Source of the DNA: an uncultured virus (IMG/VR IMGVR_UViG_2061766007_000220)
Lineage: Duplodnaviria > Heunggongvirae > Uroviricota > Caudoviricetes
IMG/VR virus record: IMGVR_UViG_2061766007_000220
Length of the DNA stretch: 52,840 nucleotides
Reading direction: 5' to 3' (one strand)
Notes under the pieces: model-generated
What the model saw: only the letters and a program-made list of their open reading frames with translations
Told to the model about the DNA's origin: nothing
The model's database searches: none
Position numbers and translations under genes: made by a program
Part shown: one piece after another, positions 8,198-19,852 of the stretch
Position numbering within the stretch: position 1 is the first letter of the stretch
Layout of the letters: each line of letters begins with the position of its first letter

Positions 8198-10480
8198 TTA
8201 TAATCCGCACGCATCAATGATGTCGTCAAGTGAAACCGTTTTCAGTGAATGATTGGAATAAAACTCTAATCTCGCGAATGATGGTAAAGTCCATTTGAGA
8301 TATTGTAAATTATTCTTTGTGTACCATTGTGTACCATAATGACTGTCAACTTCGCCAATATTCGTAGGCGTACTTCCGTTTATAGACACATCCCCGTTTA
8401 GTTTGACTTGGTAGCCGTTAATCTCAACATAACTTCCTGTGTGGCCGCTTGCAGTTTTGTGTCCTATAAAGATAGGATTAAGAGAAATGTCGCCATTCGT
8501 TCCTATGTAAGTTATGTCTGCGTCAAGCGTGATGTCTGTTGCTCCGGTAACAATAACCGAATTGCCTTTTATTTGCGTGCTTGTATAGGCGTTTGTGTTT
8601 CCAATGGTAATGTTTTCGCTGTCAGAATTGCAACCGATATTTATGTTGCCCGCGTCAGCTTTGAACGTGTCTATCGCGTAACCGTTGCCAAATACGTCTT
8701 TGCCTATTGAAACGATCGGATTATTGCCATCTTTACCATAGCAGAAGTAATATCTATTGGGAATCGGGCTTTGCATCGTTTCCATAAACATTGCCGATTC
8801 TGCGTTTACAACGCTAAAATCATAAAGCGTCACCGAAGAATCTCCGATTGTTACGGCTGCCGCATGTGAGTCCGGATAGTATATGTATTGTGCAATTCCA
8901 TCGGCAAAGGAAGCGCTTATGACTCTTTCATCGTCTACAGTTTCGTCCTTGAACCGCGTAGTGGCGTTGGCAAATCTGGCTTCCTTACCCTGAGAGTCAA
9001 TATATGTTGTTTCATTGCCGTATGTTCCGCAGTAGAAACTAGACCCGCTAATTGACGATCCTGTTATATCTCCTGTTACTGTCAAACCCGAGTCATCTAC
9101 TTTCATCACTTGCTGGTTGTTTCTGTACCAAATGTGACCCGTAGAAGTAAGTACCCAAGAAAATCCCGTTGTTAGATTGCCATAGGTTTCATCTACTTTA
9201 GCACCAATATCCTGCGCTGTCTGCCAAGCATAAGAGCCGGTGTTTTGATCGTTCAAGTTCCACACAATACCGTCAACATCTTGCTTAATCACAAGCGTTC
9301 TGTTGTTGAGTTCCTTAAACTGGAAGCTGACGTTATTCACGTTCTGATTGTAGCTGCGTTCTGCATAGCAATTAAACGTGTCACGCATAGCCTGTATGCC
9401 GTTACACTGTCTGTAAAGGACATAGCCCTCTACGCCCGTTAAATCATCATTACAACGGATAGCGTCACCGACTTCCAGGCACAAGTCTGCGTTCATCTGA
9501 ACCTCAAAAGGTTGGAATACAACTCCTGTGATTTCTCCGAGAATGTTTGTCGCTATTGTTGAAAGCGCTGTACTTCCGAACGTAAGAAAATTGCCCTGAA
9601 TCACATAGTCTGTACCGGCTGTTCCGACTGTAACTCCGGCATCTTCTTCTGTCGTTTTGAGTTGAAGCCGAGTGATCGAGGGTACTTCGTATTCTTCATA
9701 TTTGAGTGGCGGTATATACTCACCGCTTCTGCCGATAGGTGTAGACTTCGGTTTTTGAGGGAATAAAGTAGGCGAGGGATAGAGGTCGATAGCCGGATAT
9801 AAGCCCTGAATGTTTTGCTCCAGCTTGACATATCTAAACTGACCCGTTCTGCCGATATGCCCGAAGCGTCCGTTTATCTCGCAAATAGCGTTAAGAATCT
9901 GTACGCCCGAAATTGCTTCTGCTCTATTCTCAACTATCGTAGCCGAGTCGTTTACAAGCGAAACGCTCTCTTGTGTAATGCCGATATGTGTAAAGAACGC
10001 GTCACGGAACTTCTTGACCGTGTTGATCGTGCTATAATTGATTGCGTTATACCAGTCGGTATAGTCTGTATTCAGAATGTCGAATAAAGCGTCATAGCAA
10101 GTGATTTCTCTGACAGACCTTTGAGCCGTTCCTATATCGCTTACAACCTTGTAAACGCCTATCTGGAACAGCGTGCTTGCATCATGGTCGAAGTAGAGGT
10201 AAACATTTAACACTTTACCCTCTAACGGAACAGTCTTTGACGAAACTGTGAATTTGAACTCGGCAGACTCGCAAGAGCCAAAGCGAAGCGTATTGCCTGA
10301 ACAAAGCGACTCAATTAGGCTCAACTGCTCTTGGTGAATGTTTTCGTTTGTGAACAGAACCGTATTGCCAGCGACAACAAGGCTCGTTCCCGAATAGCTT
10401 GCCGTTCCGTCTGTAATGACTATATCTGTTTGAACAGATACCCCGTCAGTAAAGAAGTGTTCATACGGATAAGTAATCAT
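8198..10480 (-). CDS. Tail tip/baseplate hub (Tal-like) protein
   Basis: 760 aa after Dit; ESLCSGNTLRFGSCES, ICEINGRFGHIGRTGQF, LYPAIDLYPSPTLFP motifs; beta-repeat C-terminus. Confidence 0.8.
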   Translation of the reverse strand: MITYPYEHFFTDGVSVQTDIVITDGTASYSGTSLVVAGNTVLFTNENIHQEQLSLIESLCSGNTLRFGSCESAEFKFTVSSKTVPLEGKVLNVYLYFDHDASTLFQIGVYKVVSDIGTAQRSVREITCYDALFDILNTDYTDWYNAINYSTINTVKKFRDAFFTHIGITQESVSLVNDSATIVENRAEAISGVQILNAICEINGRFGHIGRTGQFRYVKLEQNIQGLYPAIDLYPSPTLFPQKPKSTPIGRSGEYIPPLKYEEYEVPSITRLQLKTTEEDAGVTVGTAGTDYVIQGNFLTFGSTALSTIATNILGEITGVVFQPFEVQMNADLCLEVGDAIRCNDDLTGVEGYVLYRQCNGIQAMRDTFNCYAERSYNQNVNNVSFQFKELNNRTLVIKQDVDGIVWNLNDQNTGSYAWQTAQDIGAKVDETYGNLTTGFSWVLTSTGHIWYRNNQQVMKVDDSGLTVTGDITGSSISGSSFYCGTYGNETTYIDSQGKEARFANATTRFKDETVDDERVISASFADGIAQYIYYPDSHAAAVTIGDSSVTLYDFSVVNAESAMFMETMQSPIPNRYYFCYGKDGNNPIVSIGKDVFGNGYAIDTFKADAGNINIGCNSDSENITIGNTNAYTSTQIKGNSVIVTGATDITLDADITYIGTNGDISLNPIFIGHKTASGHTGSYVEINGYQVKLNGDVSINGSTPTNIGEVDSHYGTQWYTKNNLQYLKWTLPSFARLEFYSNHSLKTVSLDDIIDACGL

Positions 10481-10495
10481 CTTGCGATACCTCGC

Positions 10496-10993
10496 TTATA
10501 CACTGGAATTGTTAGAATTTGTGCCATAGCCAATGAAAGCCATGCGAACAGGATTGTAAAGAAACCTTGTTCGCTGTTGCATGACACCGTTGACATTTTC
10601 CATCTGTATTATCTTCTTGTAGATTGTGAAATGCACGTCAGAAGTCAAGTAGAAATACTGCGTAACGTAGTCGTTGATTTCCTCACACCAAACCGAAGCC
10701 CTGAACTTCTTCTCTGTTTCATTGACGTATCTAGTCCTGATCTCGCTTAAAACGTCCTGTAGAACCTTACTGTTGATATAAGGCGTTGTAAACTCGATCT
10801 TCGGAAGCTGAACATCTATCGCTTTACGATGTAACGCTCCATTAGCGTCACGGTAAGCGTCCAAGTCCAGCGTAGACAACTCTTCGTCAAGCGAGTTGTA
10901 AGCAATAAACGATTCAGGGATAACATAGTCCGTCTGACTATTGTTCTTCTTGTGTATCTTAATCAGATAACCAGCGTAGTTATATTCAGCCAT
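10496..10993 (-). CDS. Distal tail (Dit-like, DUF6711-like) protein
   Basis: DLDAYRDANGALHR...KIEFTTP...MAFIGY; immediately after the tape measure. Confidence 0.7.
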   Translation of the reverse strand: MAEYNYAGYLIKIHKKNNSQTDYVIPESFIAYNSLDEELSTLDLDAYRDANGALHRKAIDVQLPKIEFTTPYINSKVLQDVLSEIRTRYVNETEKKFRASVWCEEINDYVTQYFYLTSDVHFTIYKKIIQMENVNGVMQQRTRFLYNPVRMAFIGYGTNSNNSSV

Positions 10994-11016
10994 TTTATGC
11001 TATCCCTTTCTGTTTA

Positions 11017-12544
11017 TTATGCAAAACTTGTTGTTCCGGTTCTGCGTGCTTCGCTACTTGCCGTGCGTTTGAGAAGCAAGTACATATCCTGTGCTGACAT
11101 AGGTTGCCAGTCGGAGTTGTTATTGTTTTTGTTTCCGTACTGCGTCAATGCCCTTGCCATGCCTCGGAATGATGCTTCCTCAATAGCTGCTGACATCTGA
11201 TCGCTATTCGCAACCGCTGTCCTACCGCCCATATTGCCGATGTACTCGGGGTTTCCGTTCTCGTTTGCGAAGAATAAGTGTCCACCCTCGGGGAATCCAC
11301 CACCAGCGTAATGACCGCCACCACCTGAAAACGAACGGGCGTAGGACGGGGAGCCGGAATTGTCTGCGATTTCTTTGAGGTATTCGGTTTGCAGTTTTTC
11401 GTCACGCCCAATAGACTCGCTAACCGCACTCTTTAAACCTTTTTGAGTTGCGAGAAGTGCCGCATCAGACATTCCTGAACCTTTTGCATAATCGACATTG
11501 AACTCTCTGCTTGTTTCGCCCGTTACCCTGTTGTACTCTCCGAGTGCCTTTACCGCATCTTTGATTTTCTGCGTAAGACCCTCGAATCCCTTTTTCTCGT
11601 CATTGATTAGGTCAAGGATTGCATTCGCCTTTTTATTTGCCTTGTTCTTTTCGTCAATAAGACCTTTTACTGCGCCTTTAACGTCCTTATATTTCGCCCT
11701 TGCATCTTTAAGCGCGTCATTCTGCGCAAGTTCATCAATAGTAGCCTTTTCGATTTCCTTACGAAGAACCTTGATCCTTTCTTGTAACTCTTTTCCAGAC
11801 TTGGAAAGCGTAACTACAGTGCCGCGAAAATTTACGTATTCAGCGTCAAGAGTAGCTTCCGCTGCTGCAAGTTCTTCCTCTAACTTCTTCTTCTTTTCTC
11901 CCGCGTCAATATAGCCGTAGTACGCTTCGGCAAGATAACTCTCGGACTCTGCTAATGTGTCTTGCGCTTCCGATAGTTTGATGTCTGCGTCATACGCCGC
12001 TTGTAACAGTTCCTTGTACTTCTCCATTCCGGCTTCTATCTTGGTGTGCTGAATCAAAGCGTCCAAGTGTTCCAAAACGGCATCTTTTGAGGTTATAATT
12101 TTGCCCCTTAGCTCGTCAAACTCTATCGAAAGGTCGCTAATTCCCATTTCCTGTAACGAGGAATTGAGTATATCAACCTTTGTTTTGAGCGTTGCGAACT
12201 CGTCAGATGTCTTGTTCGGCTTTTCATCAAGAGTATAGATGTCCTCGACAAGCTGCTTAACCGTTTCAAGCTCTTTTACCTTATCTGACGACAAATCCAC
12301 AGTGATTTTGTCAATTTTGAAGTTCAAAGACTCAACGTATTTAAGAAGTGGTATAACCTTTTCTTTTTCAAAATTGTCAAGTTTTTCCTTGAAGTCAGAA
12401 TCGAGGTATTGTTCCATCGCTTTCTCTTCGATCGTGTCAACTAAGCTATTGATCGCTAGTGTTATACCAGCACCAACAAGTAAACCGACCGCTGCTCCGA
12501 GCGGGCCACCTATTACAAATCCGGCTGCCGCTGCCGCTGCCGAA
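11017..12544 (-). CDS. Tape measure protein allele A, C-terminal part
   Basis: AAAAGFVIGGPLGAAVGLL..., coiled coil, YAGGGFPEGGHLFFANENGNPEYIGNMGGRTAVAN motif; continues the fragment at 16699-18062. Confidence 0.85.
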
Positions 12545-12555
12545 NNNNNNNNNNC

Positions 12556-15494
12556 GTTCTACCGCCCATGTTGCCGATATACTCAGGATTGCCGTTTTCG
12601 TTCGCAAAGAACAAGTGACCGCCCTCAACAAAACCGCCTGATGCTTCCTTCTTAATTCCAACGCCTTTAAGCATAGCAAACGTAGCGGCATCGTTCATGT
12701 TTACGCCAACCGCATAATCAAGTTCGATTGTGCGTTTTGTCTTTCCGGCTTCGTCAAGTTTTCCAAGTTCGCTGATTGATTCTGCGATTGAAGTTTTGAG
12801 GTTTTTGAACGAACCCTTGATGCCATCAATGGCTTTTTGAAGTTTGGGAGACATGTCTTTGGTTTTACCCATTTGGTCTTTTACATCTTTTAATCCGTCT
12901 TTCAAGTCTCCTGTGGTATCAATCAGCTTGTCTGTGGTTTTGTCAAGTTCGCCAAGAGCAGTATCGTTTTTATTTACTGCTTTGGTATCTTTATTCCACG
13001 CGGCCTTTTCGTCATTGATTAGCCCCATGAGGATTTCGGATTTTTCGGCTGCCTTGTCCTTGTCCTCGTTAAGCGATTCGATAACTTTGCTCTGTTCTTC
13101 GACCATTTCATTTGCATCATTCATAGCAAGTGTATATAAATCTACTGCATGACGTGCATCGTCTTGCCGTTTCTGTAATTTGGCAAGGTTTTCCTCTCCG
13201 AGTACAAGCGCAGGATTGTATAAACCGAACATGCGTTGTGCTTCGTCAGTAGCACTTGCAATTTCTCGTTCTGCTTGTGCATAATCTGCTTCCGCTCCGG
13301 TCAACATCAAATAAGCCGTATGTTGTTTGTCAAGCCTTTCTTCAAGAATCTTATTCTGCTCTATGAGTTCGAGTTCTGTTTCGACAATGGTTTTTTGAAG
13401 TTCTCCGTACTTTGCCATTCCCGCTTCAACTCGTGCCTCATGGAGCAGTGATTCAATCAATTTGTCAAGTTCTTCTCTTGTGCCACCGGTAACTTTACCA
13501 AGTTCTTCCATGTATTCAAGATGAACACCCTCGATGCCAAGTCCGTTTAATTCGGTTATTTTGTTTTTTAGGATTTCAATTTCTTCTGGTGTTTTAATAT
13601 CCTTTTCGTCAAGGGTAAATATATCGTTGATAAGTTTTTTGGCAAGTTCAAGGTTGACAACTTGTGCATCCGTAAGATTGAGGTCTATGCTATCAATCTT
13701 TAACCTGATGTTTTTTTCCTTTTCGAGTGCTTTGGGCAGCGTTTCGTCCATGAACTCTCGATAATCCTTCCAAAAGTCTGTCTTTTGGTATTCTTCGAAG
13801 ATTCTCTCTTCGTAAGTTGTATGCAACGTATCTATCAAAAGCGTTACGCCCGCTCCGATTGTAAGTCCGATAGCCGCTCCAAGAGGTCCACCTACCGCAA
13901 AGCCAATAGCTGCCCCCGCTGCCGATCCAAAGGCAGTGTTGATAATATCTTCTTTTGCGGTTTCGGGTGCATATTTTGCCTTTTCTGTATCAAAAAGTAT
14001 TGTTCCGATCCCGACACCAAGAACAAAACCAATGGCAGCTCCTGCTAATCCACCCGTTACGCCACCGATAGACGTGCCAATAACAAAGCCGGTAAGTGCT
14101 CCAAGCGCACCACAGATTTTAAGTGCAATCTGTTCTCCGTTAAGATTATCCCAATTAAACAGAACGTCCTTGATGTTCGCACCGAGTTCAAACGCAAAAC
14201 TCCTTCGGTTCACCTTTGCAAGTTCGTATTCCGGCTCTTTTATTTCCTCTGCTTCTGCGCCACCTTTTTTCTCGTCTTTTCCGAGTATGTTCAATTCGTC
14301 AATTCCGAGAAGTTCCTTTTTGTATTCTTTTGCTTTCTTGGTTGCGTCCTTTTCGTCATCGCCTATGTCCTTCCATGTGGTGTCAATACGTTTTGCCCTC
14401 ATGTAAGTATCTTCACCGTTTAAGGCGGCAAAAAATTCCGTAAGGGAATCTGCGATTGAATTTATGCCATTGAGGATTGTGTTTATCACGCTCCCCATTT
14501 TAGTCATTATCTCTCCCGCAACTGCTCCTAACTGTCTTTTTACTTGCGAAACTCCCGTTGCGAGTTCATTCATGGTGTCAGCAAGAACGCTATATCCGTT
14601 CTCTGCTTCTGCTGACCACATATACGCGGATTCCAAGCCCTCAGAAAATGACGTTGTAATGGCGTTAAAACTCGTTCTTATCGCACGATACCCCGCATAT
14701 TTAGCGAATCTCTTTAACGCTTTATACGCCCCACCTATCGACTTTTCAAGTCCGAGCATACTTTTCTTTCCAGCTTTTCCGGTCTTGTCGAGTTCTTTGT
14801 TCGTTGCTTTTAATTCGCTTAATTCTTTTTCTGCAAGTTTTATGATACGTGCTTGTTCGTCTCCCTGTTCTTTTAAGGTTTCTTTAAATCGTTTCGCTGC
14901 ATCGTCTGCGTCTTTTTCTGCTCCTGAAATGCGACTTGCCGCATCAGAAACCATGCCCATGCTTGTTTCAAAGCTTCTTAGAAATTCAGGGTTTCCCGCT
15001 GCTTCAAAGTTCAGCATTTCTTTGGTTGCGCCTTGAATTTCCTTGTTAAAACTTTCAACAAACTCTGCATTTCCTATTGGCTCAAAGGCATCTATAACGC
15101 CTTCTGCACTTGCATTTACCGCTTTAACAAGATCGTCTGTTTCGTCTGACATTTCTTGTATTTCGTTTGTAAAACTGCTAAGAAACTCAGTGTTTCCTAC
15201 GGGTTTAAAATCAATGTCGGATTTTGCCTTTTTATCGACTTCGGCAAGCATTTGCGACAACTTTTCTCTTGCCTTGACGGATGACGAAGCAATTGTTTTA
15301 AGCGCATCGGCAACAGGCGTAAGATTGACTTTTGAAAACTTATTAAGTTCCTTGCGAAGATTCACAAGCGCAGACATATCCTTTGTCTCTTTTTTAATCT
15401 TGACCAGTGCGTTTGCAACCCTGTTAAGCGAACTTGCAGTCTGCTTTGCCGTTACAGTAAGTTCTAACTGTAAAGAATCAACCTTGTAACCCAT
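12556..15494 (-). CDS. Tape measure protein allele B (extreme C-terminus in gap)
   Basis: About 980 aa, helical and Ala/Gly-rich, LLGIDELNIL motif, ends ASGGFVEGGHLFFANENGNPEYIGNMGGRT. Confidence 0.88.
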
Positions 15495-15506
15495 GCCGAT
15501 GCTCCT

Positions 15507-16002
15507 TTACTTGCTAAACGACCGTTGCAAAGCCATAAGGCTTGCTTTAACCCGATCGTTCTCAATCTGTTTCTTTGTTTCCTTTTCTTTCTCGATTTCT
15601 GCGTCCGTTTTTTCTCTGTAAATATCAAACGGCTTATCAAGCCACTCGTCCGGAGCAGTCTTGTTTTTTGAAAATGACCTAAGCGCATTCCCAATAACCG
15701 TGTTCAAGGCTCTATAAACATATGTCGCCATAACGTATGAATCCTCGTTTATCGACTGTTTGCGTTTATGCCATAAATGCCTATAAACCTCATACTCCCG
15801 TGGGTCNNNNNNNNNNNNNCGACCTAAGCGCATTCCCAATAACCGTGTTCAAGGCTCTATAAACATATGTTGCCATAACGTATGAATCCTCGTTTATTGA
15901 TTGTTTGCGTTTATGCCATAAATGCCTATAAACCTCATACTCCCGTGGGTCGCAATTCCAAAATTGATCTGCCGTCATGCCATACAAGAGATAGTTCGGC
16001 AT
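15507..16002 (-). CDS. Tail assembly chaperone T-like frame, allele B (reached by -1 frameshift; internal duplicate at a gap)
   Basis: YLLYGMTADQFWNCDPR; in the -1 frame relative to 16068..16454. Confidence 0.8.
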
Positions 16003-16067
16003 ACATTCGAGAAAGATGTCTGTCAGTTTTTGTTTCTTGACGGGTTCTTCTGTGTGGTATTCTTCTG

Positions 16068-16454
16068 TTACAGTTCCACCGTCATTCGTGAGTTTTTTGA
16101 CTTGTTATCATAGTCAAACATCTTTGTCAGCGGGATAAGATAAAGTTCCTTTAACCTTGAAACAAACTTCTCAGGGAAACCACCGTTGTCATAGATAAAG
16201 TCGTAAATCTTCATGACTTTTTCTTTGGGAAGATGCTTGTGGTGCATCCTGAACGCGTAATAAAAGAGTTCCGGAATGAGTGCCATGGGATACTTTCCAA
16301 TGTCGTCAACATCGAATCCTCTTGCTTCTGCAAACTTTACGCTTTCAGCGTTAAACTCCAGGATGTACTTGTCTCCTGTTTCCGTGTCTGTGATAGTAAT
16401 AGGTCTTACCTCTTCAACTTCAATGCTTGTTTTTTCTGTGGTTGTGTTTGCCAT
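16068..16454 (-). CDS. Tail assembly chaperone G-like, allele B (DUF5055-like)
   Basis: YILEFNAESVKFAEARGF...PELFYYAFRMHH; between the major tail and tape measure genes. Confidence 0.85.
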   Translation of the reverse strand: MANTTTEKTSIEVEEVRPITITDTETGDKYILEFNAESVKFAEARGFDVDDIGKYPMALIPELFYYAFRMHHKHLPKEKVMKIYDFIYDNGGFPEKFVSRLKELYLIPLTKMFDYDNKSKNSRMTVEL

Positions 16455-16698
16455 ATCTTTATTCTCCTTTTTGTATTGGAGAGGTTAGATTTACCACTAT
16501 CTAACCCCCTTATTTATATAAAGGTGAGTAATCTTTGGCGGGGGATTCCTCAGAAAGTGTTGCAACACCTGTCCTCACCTTTATCAGCCCGTGTGTTACG
16601 AAGCGGTTACTGTGACGAAAATCGGGATTGATTCTCCGCTTGTGCCATCTGTGATCGTGATTACACAAGTTCCCGCTGCAACCGGTGTNNNNNNNNNN

Positions 16699-18062
16699 GC
16701 GGTTTTTGGAGCAAATTTCAATTTTTTCTCGTCAAAGAGTATGCTGCTAAAGACCGCGCCTAAAGCAATTCCGGCTATAGTACCAATGACAGCACCTTTC
16801 ACGCCACCAAGTGAAAAGCCGATAATTCCTCCGGCAGCTGCGGTGAGTGCAGAACATATCTTGCTTCCTATGTCGCTATCTTCAAGATTGTCCCACTTGA
16901 ATACTATTTTCCCGAGTGTGGCTGCTATGTCAAGTACCCATGACTCGCCTACATCTGCCAATTCGTACATATTTTCAGGAACATCAACCTTGGTTGCTTC
17001 TTTCTTTGCTCCCTCTTTGTCCTCTCCGAGTACGTTTAACTCGTCAATTCCGATAAGTTCCTTTTTGAAGTCTTTTACCTTGTCGGTAGCGTCTTTAATG
17101 TCCTTGGAAGTGTCTTGCCATGCCGTATCGACCCGCTTGGCTCTCATGTAGGTATCTCTGCCGTTCATAGCTGCGATAAACCTTGAAAGTGCATCGGAAA
17201 CAGTATTAATGACATCGAGAATCGCATTTACTGCCGGAGCAATAGCAGTTAGAACTTCTCCGGCGACCGAACCAAGCTGATTTCTGACTTGAACGGTTGA
17301 AGTATTGATACTGTCCATAGTATCAGCAATAACGCTAAAACCATTCTCTGCTTCTGCCGACCACATATAGGCAGCTTTCAAACCCTCGGTAAACGATGTT
17401 GTGATAGCGTTGAAAGCAGCCCTTATGCCACGATAGGTAGCATACTTGATAAATCTGCTGTGTGACTTGTGTGCTTTCCTAATGCTCTTATCGAGTTTTT
17501 CGACTTCCTGCGTTGCTTCTTGGGTAGCTTTGAGGTATTGCCTCATGCTTGCGGCTGCGCCCTTTTGTTTCCAAGTCTGTTCTTTGGTGAGTTTTTGTTC
17601 TCCCTCGTAAAGTGCCTCGACTTCTTCCGAAGCGTCATTGATTGCATGCTTAAACTCTCTCCATGCTTCGGTTGCGTTTTCGACTTCTTCTGTAGCCGTG
17701 TTTGCTTCGGAAAAAAGACCCTCCGAACCTTTCATGCTGGTGTTCTTTACACTTGCTTCTTGCGACCAAAAATCAGGTGTAACAACCGCATCAACCCTGG
17801 TCATGTCTTTGTAGAGTTCTTCAAGGTACTTTCTCGCGTTCTTTGTTGAACGTGCTATTGTATCGAGCGCACCAGCGATAGGTGTAAGATCGACTCTCGA
17901 AAACTTCACAAGTTCTTTCCGGTAAACCTCGAGTGCTTTCACTCCTGACGCTTCGGACTTTATATCATGTAAAGCCTTGGTTATCTTATTGAGTGAATTA
18001 GCCGTTTGTTTAGCGGTAACGGTAAGCGTAATATCCAAGGAATCAATCTTATACCTACCCAT
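16699..18062 (-). CDS. Tape measure protein allele A, N-terminal part
   Basis: MGRYKIDSLDITLTVTAKQTANSL, homologous to the allele B start; ends at a gap at KFAPKT. Confidence 0.85.
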
Positions 18063-18074
18063 GTCGGCACTCCT

Positions 18075-18425
18075 TTACTTCTTAAAGTTGCGTTGTAAAG
18101 CCATAAGACTAGCTTTAACTCTGTCGTTTTCTAATTGCTTCTTCTGCTCTTTTTCTTCCTCGATCTGCTCCGGTGTCTTTTCGACATATAACTCAAAAGG
18201 CTTTTGCAAATAAGGCTCGGGCGGTCTAGGGTGTTTCGTAAACGCTTGAAGTGCGTTACTAACAACCGTTTCAACCGCCTTGAAGATATAGTTGCCTAAC
18301 ACAAACATATCCTCGTTGCCCGATTGCTTTTTAAGCCTATTCAGTTTTCTGTATGCCTTATACGCTCTTGTGTCACAGTTCCAAAAGTCGTATTCGGTCA
18401 TGCCATAAAGCAGATATTGAGGCAA
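18075..18425 (-). CDS. Tail assembly chaperone T-like frame, allele A
   Basis: YLLYGMTEYDFWNCD; -1 frame of 18470..18856; no RBS of its own. Confidence 0.8.
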   Translation of the reverse strand: MPQYLLYGMTEYDFWNCDTRAYKAYRKLNRLKKQSGNEDMFVLGNYIFKAVETVVSNALQAFTKHPRPPEPYLQKPFELYVEKTPEQIEEEKEQKKQLENDRVKASLMALQRNFKK

Positions 18426-18469
18426 AATTTCATAGAAGCGGTCTGTAAATGTTACCCTGACGGCTTCGG

Positions 18470-18856
18470 TTAGAACTCCACCGTCATTCTCGTGTTTTTT
18501 CTCTCTTCGTCATCGTCCTTGGGAAGCATAGCAAGAAGCGGCTGAACGTAAAGGTTCTGCAACCTTGCTACAAGTCCTTTCGGCAACGGATTGCCGATCT
18601 CGTCAAAAATCTTGTTGACTTTCTCCCTCGGTAACGACTTGTGGTGCATACGGAAAGCATACCAAAAGAGTTCCGGCACAAGCAGCACGGGGTACTTCGG
18701 TACTTCGTCAACGTCGAATCCTCTGCTCTCGGCAAACTTTACCGAATCGGCATTGAACTCCAGCGTGTAAACTGCATTTGTTTCCGTATCTCTGATAGTA
18801 ATAGGTCTGATCTCTTCATCTTCTGCTACGTTCTTGTTTTCTGTGTTTGTTGCCAT
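18470..18856 (-). CDS. Tail assembly chaperone G-like, allele A
   Basis: Homologue of 16068..16454; AAGGAG RBS. Confidence 0.85.
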   Translation of the reverse strand: MATNTENKNVAEDEEIRPITIRDTETNAVYTLEFNADSVKFAESRGFDVDEVPKYPVLLVPELFWYAFRMHHKSLPREKVNKIFDEIGNPLPKGLVARLQNLYVQPLLAMLPKDDDEERKNTRMTVEF

Positions 18857-19002
18857 GATATTTTTCTCCTTTCAAGATGAAAGGGTTAGACTTACTATTA
18901 TCTAACCCCCTAATATATGATAAAGGCGAGTTATCCCGAAGTAGGGGGGTGTTCTCCGAGAAAGTGTTGCAACACCTGTCCTCGCCATTATCGGCTTGTG
19001 TG

Positions 19003-19819
19003 TTACGAAGCGGTTACTGTGACGAAAATCGGGATCGATTCTCCACTTGTGCCATCTGTGATCGTGATTACACAAGTTCCTGCTGCAACCGGTGTGATTG
19101 TAACTGTGTTTGTCGAAACAGATGCAGTAGCAACGCCCGCATTCGATGATACGGCCGTGCAAGTTCCTACTCTGTTCGAAAGAGTTGTGGTCTGGTTTGT
19201 TCCAACAACAGCTGCTACCACGTTGGGTGTGGATGTAAGGCTTGCGGGTTTGGTTGTGAATCCNNNNNNNNNNAGCAGTGCAAGTTCCCACTCTGTTTGA
19301 AAGAGTTGTGGTCTGGTTTGTTCCAACAACAGCCGCTACCACGTTGGGTGTGGATGTAAGGCTTGCGGGTTTGGTTGTGAATCCCTCAACATGAGAAACT
19401 GTAATGTACCCGCTTACTTCCATAACCGCATTGACTTCTGCTCCACCGAATCCAAGCGGAGAAGGCTCGCCTGTAAAGTAGAATGCCGATTCATCGGGTG
19501 CTAAGATACAGAACCACATAGCCAAGCCGGATGCCTTTGCGGTTTCATAAGCTGCCATAAGAGCAGCCCACTCGGTACGGGTCTCGGAATTGTTGAGGAA
19601 ACCGAAAGCCTTTGCGCCGCCAAGGTCTTTTAAGCCGGGTGTACTTGACATCCACTCTATGTTATCAAGAGTAGTTGTATCAAGCTGATTAGGCTCTGTG
19701 TTGAAGTCGGGAATGGAACGGCAGTTGTGAACACGGATGTAACCGCTTGTAGGTCTTGTACCCGCAACTGATTCCGCGCAATAAAGGAACTTTGTATTAG
19801 CTGTGCTAATTCCGTTCAT
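19003..19819 (-). CDS. Major tail tube protein with C-terminal Ig-like (Big_2) domain
   Basis: IPDFNTEPNQLDTTTLDN...PGLKDLGG...FYFTGEP tail-tube motif; SSNAGVATASV..ITPVAAGTCVITITD Ig motif; 3' end repeated at 16596-16688. Confidence 0.9.
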
Positions 19820-19852
19820 TGTTTTTTNNNNNNNNNNCCACATAAATACTCC

